A model generated the notes under the pieces. The model saw nothing but the letters and a program-made list of their open reading frames with translations. It ran no database searches and was not told the origin of the DNA. Source: an uncultured Verrucomicrobiae bacterium (GTDB lineage Bacteria > Verrucomicrobiota > Verrucomicrobiia > Chthoniobacterales > UBA10450). Taken from it: DNA of 64,000 nt. The translations under genes were made by a program, and so were the position numbers. The stretch spans positions 160,001 through 224,000 of the forward strand of contig CAVSDR010000004.1 of NCBI GenBank assembly GCA_963726745.1, given 5' to 3'. Below, in pieces: positions 9,172 through 19,674 of the stretch (its first letter is position 1; the number at the start of each line of letters is the position of its first letter).

Positions 9172-11522
9172 TTATAATCCCGCACCGGCGGGAGATCAGG
9201 CGGGGTCATGAACTTGTCGTCTGCGCCTTCGGCCTTCGGGCAATCCGGGCAATCGTCCTGGTCGAGCTCGGGGCCGAAGTGCGTTTTGTCCTCGTGCTTC
9301 GCGCGCAGGCGCACGAGGTCGAGCTTGGTCAAGGTCACCTCCGGCCGCATCAAGATGATCAGCTCCTGCCGCGTCTTGTTGTTCGTCGTGTTCCGGAATA
9401 ATCCGCCCACCAGCGGGATCCGGCTGAGCACCGGAATGCCGGCCTGGTTGCGGTCCTTCCGGTCCATGATCAACCCGCCAAGGATGATCGTGGAACAGTT
9501 CGGCGCGGTCACCGTCGTCTTGATGTAGCGCGTCGCGATCGTGGGGATCTGGTTGTTATCGATCGTGGTGCTGCCGGCGATGCTGTCGACCTTCTGCAGG
9601 ATGTCGAGCGTCACTTCCTTCTCGGAGTTAATCAGCGGCACGACCTCGAGCTGGAGCGCGATCTTCTTGAATTGGATATTCGATTGCTGCGCCAGGCCGG
9701 TGTTGATCAACCCGCCGCCACTAGACGACGAGATGGTGTTCACCGGGACCGGCACTTCCTGGCCGGAAGCGATAATCGCCTTCTTGTTGTTGCTCGTGAA
9801 AACCGTCGGCCGCGAGATCGTGCGGAAGCGCCCGGTGGAATCGAGCGCGCGCACGATCGCCGTCAGGCCATTGCCGGTGGAGAGAAAAATGTTCGTCCCC
9901 GTCGCCGCCGCGGTCGCGAGCTGGGTAAATCCGGTCAGGCTCGCGGGATTAACCCCGGCGATTCCCGTGTTGCCCGCCCCGCCGCCGATCCCGCCGTCGC
10001 CGCCGCGGAAGGAGGCGAACTTCGCGAAGTAATCGATCCCAAGTTGCTCGTTATTATTCAGCGTGAGCTCGCCGATGACCGTGCTCAGCGCGACCTGCGG
10101 CGCGCTCACGTCCATTTCGTTCAAGAGCTTTTGCACCTTCACCACGACCTCGCGATTACCCAGGATGATGATCGTATTCGCACGCTGGTCGGCGATGATC
10201 TTGGCGTTGCCGATCGTGACCGCTTTCGGCGTGGTGTCGACTGCCTGGGTCGAGAGTTCCTCCGAGAAATTCTGCGAGCCGCTGCTCCCACCGGAACCGA
10301 AGTCGCCACCGCTGGTGTTCGTGTTCCGGTTGCGATTCTGGTTGGGCACCTGCGGGTTCTGGCCGGGATTCGCGCCGCCGGCTTCGCCCGCGCCGCCGGC
10401 GTTGTTGCCACCCGGCTCGGTCAGCGCCTGCACGATCACCGGCAGCACGTCCGCCGCGGAGATGTAACGCAGCGGCCGCGTGACCGGTTTGGCAAAGTCG
10501 ACATTGGCGTCGAACTCCGCGATCAAGCGGCGGACAAACGGCATGTTCACCGGGCGCGTGATCACGTGGATGCGGTTCGTGCGCACGTCCGGCGCGAGCT
10601 TGATCTTGCCGATAATCACTGAGTCTTCCGAGAGGCCGGTGAGCGATCCGAACTCGTTATTCTCCGCCACGATCTGCGGCTGCGGCTGGCCCGGAGGAGG
10701 CTGCACTCCGGGACGCACCGCGCGGATATTTCCCGGAGCCCCGGGCACGCCCGGCTGGCCTTGCCCCTTCTCAAAGATCTCTTTCAGCATGTCCACCACC
10801 TTGCCGGCATCGGCCCGCTCGAGCTTGATGAACTCGCTGACTACTTCCGCCGGCGGGATGTCGACCTGGTTGATGATGTTCGCGAGGCTGCGAATGACGC
10901 TCGAGTTTTCGGTCACGAGAATGCTGGAGGATTTCGGGAGCGCGAGGAAGGAGGTGTAGGGCTGCGGCGGCGAAAGATATTGCCCGAGGACCTGCTGGAG
11001 CTCGGTCGGGTCGGCGTAGCGGAGCTTGAAGAGGAAACTGATCACCTGCTCGCCGAGCGGAATCTGCGATTCATCGGAAAGGATCGGGACGCCGGCGGTG
11101 CGCGGATTTTTCCCGGTGCCGATGACCTTGACCACGTCGTCTTCCGCCGGGACTAACGAGTAGCCGTTCATCAAGAGATTGATCTGAATGATGCGGATCG
11201 CTTCCTCGCGTGGGATTGGCTTGGCGATGAAAATGTTCACCTTTCCCTGCACGAAATTATCCATCACCAGTTTCTTCCCGGTGAGCTGCTCGTAAAGGCG
11301 GAGGACGTCGGTCACGTCGCTGTTTGGATATTGCAGCGTGACCATGTCGGGCGCGCCCGGAGGCGGCGTGGTGTTGCCGAGGGGCGCGGCGCCGGCCGAA
11401 CCAGCGGGACCGGCGGCGGCCACGTTTGGCAGCGGCTCTGGAACTTGAGCGGAAAGCAGCGAGGCGCCGAGCAGCGAGAGACACGCTCCGAAGGCGAAAG
11501 TGCTGGCTAAATTTTTACGCAT
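9168..11522 (-). CDS. gspD: Secretin, GspD-like
   Basis: Signal peptide, repeated N-domains (LRYADP, ADQRANTIII), secretin C-domain (GGLI...GIPVLSRIPLVGGLF...ELIILMRP). Confidence 0.9.
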   Translation of the reverse strand: MRKNLASTFAFGACLSLLGASLLSAQVPEPLPNVAAAGPAGSAGAAPLGNTTPPPGAPDMVTLQYPNSDVTDVLRLYEQLTGKKLVMDNFVQGKVNIFIAKPIPREEAIRIIQINLLMNGYSLVPAEDDVVKVIGTGKNPRTAGVPILSDESQIPLGEQVISFLFKLRYADPTELQQVLGQYLSPPQPYTSFLALPKSSSILVTENSSVIRSLANIINQVDIPPAEVVSEFIKLERADAGKVVDMLKEIFEKGQGQPGVPGAPGNIRAVRPGVQPPPGQPQPQIVAENNEFGSLTGLSEDSVIIGKIKLAPDVRTNRIHVITRPVNMPFVRRLIAEFDANVDFAKPVTRPLRYISAADVLPVIVQALTEPGGNNAGGAGEAGGANPGQNPQVPNQNRNRNTNTSGGDFGSGGSSGSQNFSEELSTQAVDTTPKAVTIGNAKIIADQRANTIIILGNREVVVKVQKLLNEMDVSAPQVALSTVIGELTLNNNEQLGIDYFAKFASFRGGDGGIGGGAGNTGIAGVNPASLTGFTQLATAAATGTNIFLSTGNGLTAIVRALDSTGRFRTISRPTVFTSNNKKAIIASGQEVPVPVNTISSSSGGGLINTGLAQQSNIQFKKIALQLEVVPLINSEKEVTLDILQKVDSIAGSTTIDNNQIPTIATRYIKTTVTAPNCSTIILGGLIMDRKDRNQAGIPVLSRIPLVGGLFRNTTNNKTRQELIILMRPEVTLTKLDLVRLRAKHEDKTHFGPELDQDDCPDCPKAEGADDKFMTPPDLPPVRDYK

Positions 11523-11655
11523 AAAGGGATCGACGTTGGGGCAGGACGAAGACGGTATCGGAAAAATGAATCCGGCGGAAGCGCAAGAAGTGTAGCAGCC
11601 TCGCCCGCAAATCGCTATCGCGCCTTTCGCCGGGAAAATTGCGCGTTGGCGGACG

Positions 11656-13054
11656 TCACCGCTTCGAGCGGAGCGCGGTCAGGAGCCGCTCGTGGATGCC
11701 GTCGAAGCCGCCGTTACTGAAGACGACGACGACGTCATTCCGGCTCGAGCAACGGGAGGAGCTGCTCCACGATGTGCGCGGCGTCCTTGACGTAGAAGGC
11801 CGGGCGACCGCTCTCGGCGATCGTTTGCACCACGGCCTCGGGATTGAGCCGGTCGCCCTCCGGGAGCTGATCAAGCCGCGCGACTTGCGCCAGGAAAACG
11901 CCATCGGCCAGCATCAAAGCGTCGGGTAATTGCTGCTGGAAAACGGCGCGCCGGGTGGTGTTCGAGCGCGGCTCGAAGATCGCCCAGAGCCGCTGCCCGA
12001 CGTAACGCCGGCGCAGGCCGGTGAGCGTCTGCGCGATCGCCGTTGGGTGATGCCCAAAGTCGTCGATCACGGTCACGCCGCCGACTTCGCCGCGCACTTC
12101 CTGCCGGCGCGCGATCCCGGTAAACGTCGCCAGCCCTTCGCGAATCTTCTCCAGCGGCGCGCCGTAGAAACGCGCCGCGCTGATCGCCATGGCGGCGTTG
12201 CGCACATTGAATTCGCCGACCAGCGGGAGCTGAAAGCGCTCCTCGCCTAACGAGAACTCGGAGCCCTCCGCGCTGTAGCCGATCTCGGTGATCCGCTGCG
12301 CGCAATTCTCCGAAAGCCCGATCTCGACGATCGGCGCGACCGCCTCCCGGCCGACTTCCACGCAATTCGGATCATCGCCGTTCAAAAGGACCATCCCGTT
12401 CTGCGGCACGATCCGCAGGAGGTGGCGAAAGCTGCGCTTGATTTGCTCGAGGTCGTCGAAGATGTCCGCGTGATCGAACTCGATGTTGTTCACGATCACC
12501 AGCTCCGGGAGGTAGTGGACAAACTTCGAGCGCTTGTCGAAAAAAGCGGTGTCGTATTCGTCGCCCTCGAGCACGAAATGCTTCGAGTCGTTAAAGAGCG
12601 CGCCCTGCCCGAGATTGCGCGGGATGCCGCCGATCATGAAGCTCGGGTCGAAGCCGGCCACGCGCAGGAGCCAGGTGAGGAGCGCGGTCGTGGTCGTCTT
12701 TCCGTGCGTCCCGGTGACCACGAGATTGTGCCGCCCGCGGAGGAACTCGTTCCGCAAAACCTCCGGGAGCGAGACGTAGTAGCGCTTCTCGTTCAAGGTC
12801 GCTTCGACCTCCGGGTTGCCGCGCGTCATCGCGTTCCCGATCACGATCACCGAGTCGTTAGCCGGCAAGTTCTCCGCGCGGAAACCTTCGCGCAGGATGA
12901 CGCCGCGGCTCTCGAGGAAAGTCGACATCGGCGGGTAGACGTTTTCGTCCGAGCCGGTCACGCCGTAGCCGCGTTCGCGCAATGCCGCCGCGACCGAGCC
13001 CATGGCCGTTCCGCAGACTCCGATGAAATGAAAACTCTTTTTGGCGCCGGTCAC
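11656..13054 (-). CDS. mpl: Murein peptide ligase Mpl (apparent +1 frameshift near 11740)
   Basis: HFIGVCGTAMG, GTHGKTTTT, EGDEYDTAFFDKRSKF, DDFGHHPTAI, FEPRSNT. The tail DVVVVFSNGGFDGIH is in another frame ending at 11656. Confidence 0.9.
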
Positions 13055-13108
13055 GCCGCGTTCTTTAAATGCACGCAGGCCATTTGGCGAATGCCGAGAA
13101 GTGGTCGG

Positions 13109-15208
13109 CTATTTTTTGGTGAAGACTTCCGCGGCGCTCCAAGATTCGTCGGGCGGATGAAGCTCGTATTCCGCCGCGCGGTCCCGGTAAAGCTGCGAGA
13201 GGTAGTCCTTCGGGTAAAAGGCGAGGAAGCGCTCGAATAACTCCCGCGCGCTGGTGAACTCGCGGCCACGAAATTTCGCGATCCCCTCCTCGTAGCCTTG
13301 CAGCCGCTCGAGCAGTTCCTGGTCGTAGTCATCCCCTTTCGCGCAAAGCAGCGTCGACACACTAACGGGCACGGTCTTCCCCTTCACCTGCACGCGCGCC
13401 ACGCTCCGCAGGTGAAAGTCACCTTTGATCAACTCGGCGGCGGCTTCTCCGACGAGAATATCGACCCCATAAGTCCTGGTAAGAGCCTCGAGGCGCGAGG
13501 CGAGGTTCACCGCATCGCCGATCACGGTTAAGTCCGCGCGGTCGCCCGAGCCGATGTTGCCGGCAATCGCCTCGCCGTGATTGATTCCCACGCCCATTCC
13601 CAGGGTCATCCGGCCTTCCCCGCGCCACCCAGCATTCAATTCCTTCAAGGCCCGCCGCATCCCCAGGGCCGCGCGCGCGCACTCTTTGGCATCGGCCATC
13701 GCTCCTTTGCTCTGCACATTTCCCCAGACGGCCATGATCGCGTCGCCGATGAATTTATCGAGCGTGCCTTCGTTCTCGAAGACCACGCCCACCATCCGGC
13801 TGAGGTATTCGTTCAGCTGCCGGACAAGCTCCTCGGGATTGGCCCGCTCGCTCAAGGTAGTGAAGCCGATCAAGTCGGAGAACAGCACCGTCACGGGGAT
13901 GCGCGCTCCTTTCATCGTGCTGTAAAAGCTGCCCGGATTATCGAGGATATCCTTGACCAGGTTCCTCGAGACGTAACGCTCCAGCGTGCGGCGGGTCTTC
14001 AGTTTTTCGCGGCGCTCGAGGATGTAATCGAGGCCAAGCGAAAACGCGCCGCCGCCGGCAAAGGCTGCCAGCACCGGGACGGTCAGCAGGAGCACGCCCA
14101 TCTGATCGTAGAGGACCCGCGCGACTGCCAGATAGGCCGCGGCCAGGCCGACGATCGCGAGCAGCTCCCAAATTGGGCGCTTCACGAAGGCGATGACCAC
14201 CCAAGCGGCTACGCCGGCTCCTAAAATCAGCAGATAGGACCAAAGCACCGGCGTGAAATGGAGAAACTCCCCGCTGAGCGCCGCTGCGAGCGTGTGCAGG
14301 TGCAGCGCCGGTCCGTAGAAAGCGCTGTCTACCGGAGTGTCGACCACGTCGTGCAGGATTTGCGCGGAACCGCCCACGACCACGACCTTGTCTTTGAAAA
14401 ACGCGCCGCCGCCGAAGTTTGCCTGCCAGATCGGCTCGGCAAAAATCTGCCAGAGCGCCAGCGGCTCGTAGGCGGTAGGCGCGCTGAAGCGGATGAGATG
14501 TCGCTGGCGGTCGCCCGGCAATTTCCCTCCCTCGCCAAGCTGCAAGAGGGCGCGTCCGGCGAGCGAAAGATAAATCGGGTCGCCGGGAAAATAAGCCATG
14601 TTCACCAGCTCGCGCTCGGATACCTGAAAGCGCGCCTCGCGCACTTTTCCATCCCCGTTAGGCCAAAAATTAACCAATCCCACGCGGCGATCCTCGACCG
14701 CTGGCGGCGGGATCAAGGTGTCGTTAGGGACCACCAAGGTGCCCGCAGCGGTGTCGAAATTGGCCCCGATGACCACCTGGTCGCGATACTTCTCCAAGGC
14801 CGCCGCAAAAGCCGGGTCCCCCGGGTTTGGCGGGTTAAAGAGCACGTCAAAAATAACCAGCCGCGCGCCCGCCGCGAAGAGCCGATCAAGCAAAACAGCC
14901 CAGACTTCCCGCGACCACGGATACGGCTTCTCGGTCATCAGCTGCAGCCCGCGACTCCCCGCGATTTCCTCGGGACTCGCTGCAGTAAGCTGGAGCGACT
15001 CCTGGTCGATTCCGATGAAGGCGAAGTCCGGTCGCGTGGCCGTGAGGCGACCTTCGCGCCGGAGCAGATCCTGGAAAGCGAGCTCGCCGCGAAGCATGCC
15101 GGAGAGGAACGGCTTGTCTGGAAAATTGATCGCCAGCACAACCGCGCCGATCCAGAAAGCGCAAATAACTGCCAGGGCAAGGCGGCGATGGCGCGCGATC
15201 CAATTCAT
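13109..15208 (-). CDS. CHASE2-domain adenylate/guanylate cyclase
   Basis: Likely start MNWIAR at 15208. YPWSR..A/FDVLF CHASE2 signature, three TMs, class III cyclase motifs TVLFSDLIGFT, DKFIGDAIMA, TVIGDAVNLASRLE, VKGK. Confidence 0.92.
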   Translation of the reverse strand: MNWIARHRRLALAVICAFWIGAVVLAINFPDKPFLSGMLRGELAFQDLLRREGRLTATRPDFAFIGIDQESLQLTAASPEEIAGSRGLQLMTEKPYPWSREVWAVLLDRLFAAGARLVIFDVLFNPPNPGDPAFAAALEKYRDQVVIGANFDTAAGTLVVPNDTLIPPPAVEDRRVGLVNFWPNGDGKVREARFQVSERELVNMAYFPGDPIYLSLAGRALLQLGEGGKLPGDRQRHLIRFSAPTAYEPLALWQIFAEPIWQANFGGGAFFKDKVVVVGGSAQILHDVVDTPVDSAFYGPALHLHTLAAALSGEFLHFTPVLWSYLLILGAGVAAWVVIAFVKRPIWELLAIVGLAAAYLAVARVLYDQMGVLLLTVPVLAAFAGGGAFSLGLDYILERREKLKTRRTLERYVSRNLVKDILDNPGSFYSTMKGARIPVTVLFSDLIGFTTLSERANPEELVRQLNEYLSRMVGVVFENEGTLDKFIGDAIMAVWGNVQSKGAMADAKECARAALGMRRALKELNAGWRGEGRMTLGMGVGINHGEAIAGNIGSGDRADLTVIGDAVNLASRLEALTRTYGVDILVGEAAAELIKGDFHLRSVARVQVKGKTVPVSVSTLLCAKGDDYDQELLERLQGYEEGIAKFRGREFTSARELFERFLAFYPKDYLSQLYRDRAAEYELHPPDESWSAAEVFTKK

Positions 15209-15383
15209 CGTGTCGACTCTAGAAACCTCCGGGCGCGCGACCAATGCGAAAATGAAAGCTGACGGCATCGTGCCGGGGCAAAATCCAGTTGCCATCCCGC
15301 GTCCTGCGCCTACTTTCCCGGCCCTGTCGCAACCCTGCGGCACGGCGATTGTCCCACCTGGCGGGTGAATTTTCCCTGCCAAC

Positions 15384-15458
15384 TCAGCGAATGAGGTCGG
15401 GCCGATCCGGTGAAACCAAAGAACAATTCGCTGAAAGAGGAACCCGGAGCGATCCGGG
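15384..15458 (+). promoter_or_regulatory. Putative structured 5' leader of rplT
   Basis: 9-bp inverted repeat TCAGCGAAT (15384-92) / ATTCGCTGA (15426-34), then hairpin CCCGGA-GCGA-TCCGGG (15443-58) ending 9 nt before the ATG. Confidence 0.5.
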
Positions 15459-15467
15459 AAACAACAC

Positions 15468-15857
15468 ATGCCAAGAGCAACCAACGCCCCGGCCAGCCGG
15501 GAGCGCCGCAAACGCGTGATCGACGCCGCCAAGGGCTACCGTGGCCGTCGTTCGAAACTTTTCCGCTACGCGAAGGACGCGACCATGAAGGGCAAATATT
15601 GGGCCTATCGTGATCGCAAGACGCGCAAGCGCACCTTCCGCTACCTCTGGATCCAGCGCCTGAACGCTGCCGTCCGCGCGCAGGGCCTGACCTACAGCCG
15701 TTTCGCCGAAGGCCTCAAGGCCGCGAACGTCGGCCTCGACCGCAAGGTCCTCTCCGATCTCGCGATCACCGACGAAGTCGCCTTTAAGGCGATCGTCGAG
15801 CAGGTGAAAACCGCGCTCTCGGAGAAGTCGAAGGCGAAGCAGCAGGCCGCGGCCTAA
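15468..15857 (+). CDS. rplT: 50S ribosomal protein L20
   Basis: AKGYRGRRSKLF, AYRDRKTRKRTFRYLWIQRLNAA, LDRKVLSDLA. Confidence 0.98.
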   Translation: MPRATNAPASRERRKRVIDAAKGYRGRRSKLFRYAKDATMKGKYWAYRDRKTRKRTFRYLWIQRLNAAVRAQGLTYSRFAEGLKAANVGLDRKVLSDLAITDEVAFKAIVEQVKTALSEKSKAKQQAAA

Positions 15858-15890
15858 CGAACAGAACGCGCCGGCGCGCGTTCGCTCGCG

Positions 15891-16907
15891 ATGACGCACC
15901 CGTTGGAAGAACTGCGCACCCAAGCCTTGGGCGAAATCGCCCAGGCGGGTGACGCGGCGGCTCTCGAACAACTGCGCGTCCAATACCTGGGACGCAGCGG
16001 CAGCATCTCTGCTTGGAGCGAGCGCCTGAAAGCGCTGCCTAAAGAAGAGAAGCCGCTCGTCGGCAAGCTGCTCAACGAAACCCGCAATGCCGTCGCTGCG
16101 GCGATCGAGGAACGCGCGGTCGCGGCCCGCGCCGCCGCCGAGTCCGCGGCCCTGGCGAACATCGACCTCACCCTGCCGGGCACGCCGGCCGAGATCGGCG
16201 CGCTGCATCCCCTCACCCAGATGCTCGATCGCGCGATCGCGATCTTCCGGCGGATGGGTTTTGCCCTGGCCGAAGGGCCGGACGTCGAGACCGAGTGGTA
16301 TTGCTTCGATGCGCTCAACACCGCGCCTGATCATCCGGCGCGGAACGAGCAGGACACCTTCTTCCTGCCGGATGGCCGCCTCCTCCGCACGCACACCTCG
16401 ACCGTGCAAATCCGGACGATGCAATCCGCGCCGCCGCCCATCCGGGTGATCGCTCCCGGCGCGGCCTATCGTCGGGACGAAGTCGACGCGACCCATAGCG
16501 CGCAATTTCACCAGATCGAAGGCCTCTACGTGGACGAGAACGTCAGCGTGGCCGACCTCAAGGGCACGCTTGAGTTCTTCCTCAAGGAGTTGTTAGGCGC
16601 CGAAACCGAGATTCGGTTTCGCCCGCACTTCTTCCCCTTCACCGAGCCAAGTTTCGAGATCGATGTGAAATCGAAAGCGCTTCGCGGCGGTGAAAAATGG
16701 CTCGAGCTCGCCGGCTGCGGGATGGTGCATCCGGCGGTCTACGAAGCGGTCAACGGCGCCCGCGGCGATCTGGCTTACGATCCGGAAAAGTTCTCCGGCT
16801 TCGCCTTCGGCCTCGGGATGGATCGCCTGGCGATGATCCTTTTCGACATCCCCGACATCCGCCTTTTCTCGCAGAACGATCTTCGTTTTCTGCGCCAGTT
16901 CGCATGA
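15891..16907 (+). CDS. pheS: Phenylalanine-tRNA ligase alpha subunit
   Basis: HPAR..QDTF, LLRTHTS, FHQIEGL, RFRPHFFPFTEPS, GFAFGLGMDR. Confidence 0.98.
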   Translation: MTHPLEELRTQALGEIAQAGDAAALEQLRVQYLGRSGSISAWSERLKALPKEEKPLVGKLLNETRNAVAAAIEERAVAARAAAESAALANIDLTLPGTPAEIGALHPLTQMLDRAIAIFRRMGFALAEGPDVETEWYCFDALNTAPDHPARNEQDTFFLPDGRLLRTHTSTVQIRTMQSAPPPIRVIAPGAAYRRDEVDATHSAQFHQIEGLYVDENVSVADLKGTLEFFLKELLGAETEIRFRPHFFPFTEPSFEIDVKSKALRGGEKWLELAGCGMVHPAVYEAVNGARGDLAYDPEKFSGFAFGLGMDRLAMILFDIPDIRLFSQNDLRFLRQFA

Positions 16908-19252
16908 AATTTTCCGTCAATTGGCTGCGTGAATTCGTCGACCTCCCCGCGAGCACCGAGGAATTAGCCGACATCCTCACCTTCGCCGGCATCGAGATCG
17001 AAGGGATCGAGCCGCGCGGCTTGAACCTCGAGCATGTCGTCATCGGCCAGATCAATTCCTTCGCGCAACATCCGAACGCCGACCGCCTGAGCGTCTGCGA
17101 CGTGAACGACGGCACGAACGAGCATCGGCAGATCGTTTGCGGTGCGAAGAATTTCAAAGCTGGCGACAAAGTCCCGGTGGCCCTCCCCGGCGCCGCCCTG
17201 CCCAACGGTCTCAAGATCAAAGTCAGCAAGCTCCGCGGCGTGGAATCGCAGGGAATGCTTTGCAGCCCGAGCGAGCTCAAGGTTTCCGAGGATGGCGACG
17301 GTTTGCTCATCCTCTCACCCGATGCCCCGGTCGGCGCGCCCATTGGCGATCTCTTCCCGCCGGACACGATTCTAGACGTCGAGATCACGCCGAATCGGAG
17401 CGATCTCCTGAGCTACCTCGGCCTGGCCCGCGAGATCGCCGCGCTCACCGGCAAGACCGCGCGGCTCCCGCAAATCGCCGAGCCGGCCACGGTGCGAAAC
17501 GAGAGCGTGAAGCTAAGCGCGCCCGAGGCCTGCCCGTTTTATTCCGCGCGTCGGATTGCCCACGTCCGGGTCGGCCCCAGCCCCGCCTGGCTCCGAGCGA
17601 AACTCGAGTCTGCCGGGCTGCGCCCGATCAACAACATCGTCGACGTGACCAATTTCGTGATGCTCGAGCTAGGCCAACCGCTCCACGCCTTCGATGCCGA
17701 TAAATTAGACGGCGGGATCAACGTCCGCCTCGCGGCCGAGGGCGAGAAATTCCTCGCGCTCGACGGGAAAACTTACTCGTTAGGCCCGGACAATTTGCTG
17801 ATTGCCGACCACTCGCGCGCGGTCGCGATTGGCGGCGTCATGGGCGGCGAAGACAGCGGCGTCACCGAGTCGACGGCGAACGTTCTCCTGGAGAGCGCCT
17901 GGTTTCTCCCATCGAGTATCCGCCGCACCGCCCGCACTCTCGCCTTGCCGAGCGATGCCAGTTACCGCTTCGAGCGCGGCGTCGATCCCGCAATGACCTT
18001 GCGCGCCTCCGCGCGCGCCGCGCAATTAATCAGCGAGCTGGCCGGCGGTGAACCGGCGGCTGAGACGGCGATTGCCGGCGAAATTCCCGCTCCGCCCGCA
18101 GACGTGACCTTTCGCAACGCCCGCAGCAATCAGCTTCTCGGCATCTCCCTGTCCGAAAGCGCGTCGGCCAAAATTCTCGAAGGCTTTGGCCTCACCAAAG
18201 TGTCGGCTAACGAGGAATCGAGCACCTGGAAAATCCCGAGCCATCGCCCCGACTTGAAGCGCGAGGCCGACCTGATTGAGGAAGTCGTGCGCGCCCACGG
18301 GATCGACAAAATCCCGAGCCGCAACCGGAGCGTCTTCACCGCGATCAGCGCGGCCGATCGCAGCTTCGACTTCCAGGCGCGCGTCCGCCAGCGCCTAAGC
18401 GCGCGCGGTTTTTCCGAGGCACGCACCTCAGCCTTGATCGCGCGCGGCGCGGAGCATTTCGCCGAGGGGGCGGTGGCCCTGCGCAATCCGCTGAGCGAAG
18501 ACCATGTCGCCCTGCGGCCGAGCTTGCTGCCTGGCCTCTTGCAGGTGCTCGAGCGCAACCTGCGCGCGGGGGCGTCGAGCGTCCGCCTCTTCGAGCTTGG
18601 ACGCGTCTTTCAACCGCCGCAGGCGGAGGAAGCGCGGCATCTCGCGCTCCTTTGCGCGGGCGAACTGCAAGGCGCGCCTCATTGGCGGGGCGGCGAAAAG
18701 CGGCGGCTTGACCTCTTCGACTTGAAGGGCGCGCTCGACTCGTTAGGCAGCGAGCTCAGTTTCCGTCGTGCGGAAAAGCCTGGCCTCGCCCTGGCCGCAG
18801 AAATCCTCCAAGGCGAGCGCGTGCTCGGATTTGCCGGCCAGTTGAGCAACGCGGTCGCGACCAGGCTGGGCGCGAGCGCTCCGGTGTTTCTCCTGGAGGT
18901 CGAATTCTCTTCCCTGAACGCCGCCACGGCGGAGACGACCAAGTTCCAAGAGCTGGAGAAGTTCCCTGCGATCACGCGCGACATCGCCCTGATCGTGCCC
19001 GAAAACGTCGCCCATCGCGAGATCACGCAGACCATCCGGTCGACTAACGAGCCGTTGCTCGCGCAGGTGGAGCTGTTCGATTTGTTTGCCGGGAAAGCAG
19101 GCGCAAGTATCGGTGCCGGAAGAAAATCCGTGGCATATACGTTGACATACCGGGACAGAAACCGGACACTCACGAGCGACGAAGTTGCCGTGGTGCACGC
19201 GCGAATTCGCGAGCGGTTGCGGAGCGAGCTCGGGGCGGAATTGCGGGAATGA
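16904..19252 (+). CDS. pheT: Phenylalanine-tRNA ligase beta subunit
   Basis: Start MKFSVNWLREF at 16904 overlapping the pheS stop; HPNADRL, IVCGAKN, ITPNRSD, ASYRFERG, FPAITRDIA. Confidence 0.97.
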   Translation: MKFSVNWLREFVDLPASTEELADILTFAGIEIEGIEPRGLNLEHVVIGQINSFAQHPNADRLSVCDVNDGTNEHRQIVCGAKNFKAGDKVPVALPGAALPNGLKIKVSKLRGVESQGMLCSPSELKVSEDGDGLLILSPDAPVGAPIGDLFPPDTILDVEITPNRSDLLSYLGLAREIAALTGKTARLPQIAEPATVRNESVKLSAPEACPFYSARRIAHVRVGPSPAWLRAKLESAGLRPINNIVDVTNFVMLELGQPLHAFDADKLDGGINVRLAAEGEKFLALDGKTYSLGPDNLLIADHSRAVAIGGVMGGEDSGVTESTANVLLESAWFLPSSIRRTARTLALPSDASYRFERGVDPAMTLRASARAAQLISELAGGEPAAETAIAGEIPAPPADVTFRNARSNQLLGISLSESASAKILEGFGLTKVSANEESSTWKIPSHRPDLKREADLIEEVVRAHGIDKIPSRNRSVFTAISAADRSFDFQARVRQRLSARGFSEARTSALIARGAEHFAEGAVALRNPLSEDHVALRPSLLPGLLQVLERNLRAGASSVRLFELGRVFQPPQAEEARHLALLCAGELQGAPHWRGGEKRRLDLFDLKGALDSLGSELSFRRAEKPGLALAAEILQGERVLGFAGQLSNAVATRLGASAPVFLLEVEFSSLNAATAETTKFQELEKFPAITRDIALIVPENVAHREITQTIRSTNEPLLAQVELFDLFAGKAGASIGAGRKSVAYTLTYRDRNRTLTSDEVAVVHARIRERLRSELGAELRE

Positions 19253-19365
19253 GTTCTTTGAAAGTGCCGGCAGTTTTTGTCTGAAGGCTGGGTGGAAACC
19301 AGCGTTTTTCGTCCAGTCTTCTGACAAGAGCTTCCGGCTCCGGCCTCACGCGAGGCTGTGCGAGT

Positions 19366-19544
19366 TTACCCTGCGGTGTTCGAGATTACAGGTGTGATTC
19401 CCGGACCGATATTTAGTTACAGAGGGGGCTTGTTCGTCGGTGGGAATGACATGCCTTAATTGGAAGTCAGACGTGCCGGCGATGGTTACCCGCCCGTTAC
19501 CGAAAGGGAACGGGATATCCTCCTAAACGGCATTGGCGGGGTAA
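19366..19544 (+). ncRNA. ssrS: Probable 6S RNA
   Basis: About 180-nt non-coding segment. Its 5' end TTACCCTGCGGTGTTCG pairs (with G-U) with its 3' end CGGCATTGGCGGGGTAA as a long closing stem. The 5' sequence resembles 6S RNAs, it lies downstream of pheT as ssrS often does, and a terminator follows. Confidence 0.75.
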
Positions 19545-19552
19545 TATTTTAG

Positions 19553-19586
19553 AGGCCCGGATGGCGCAAGCTGTCCGGGCTTTTTC
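19553..19586 (+). terminator. Intrinsic terminator after the putative 6S RNA
   Basis: GCCCGGATGGC-GCAA-GCTGTCCGGGC followed by TTTTT. Confidence 0.85.
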
Positions 19587-19674
19587 GTGCTCGTGGTCAA
19601 AATCGGACGCGGTGCTTCGGCGCGCACGACTTTCGCTTTCGCGCGCAGGCAATCCTGCTAACGGTCTCCCAGTC

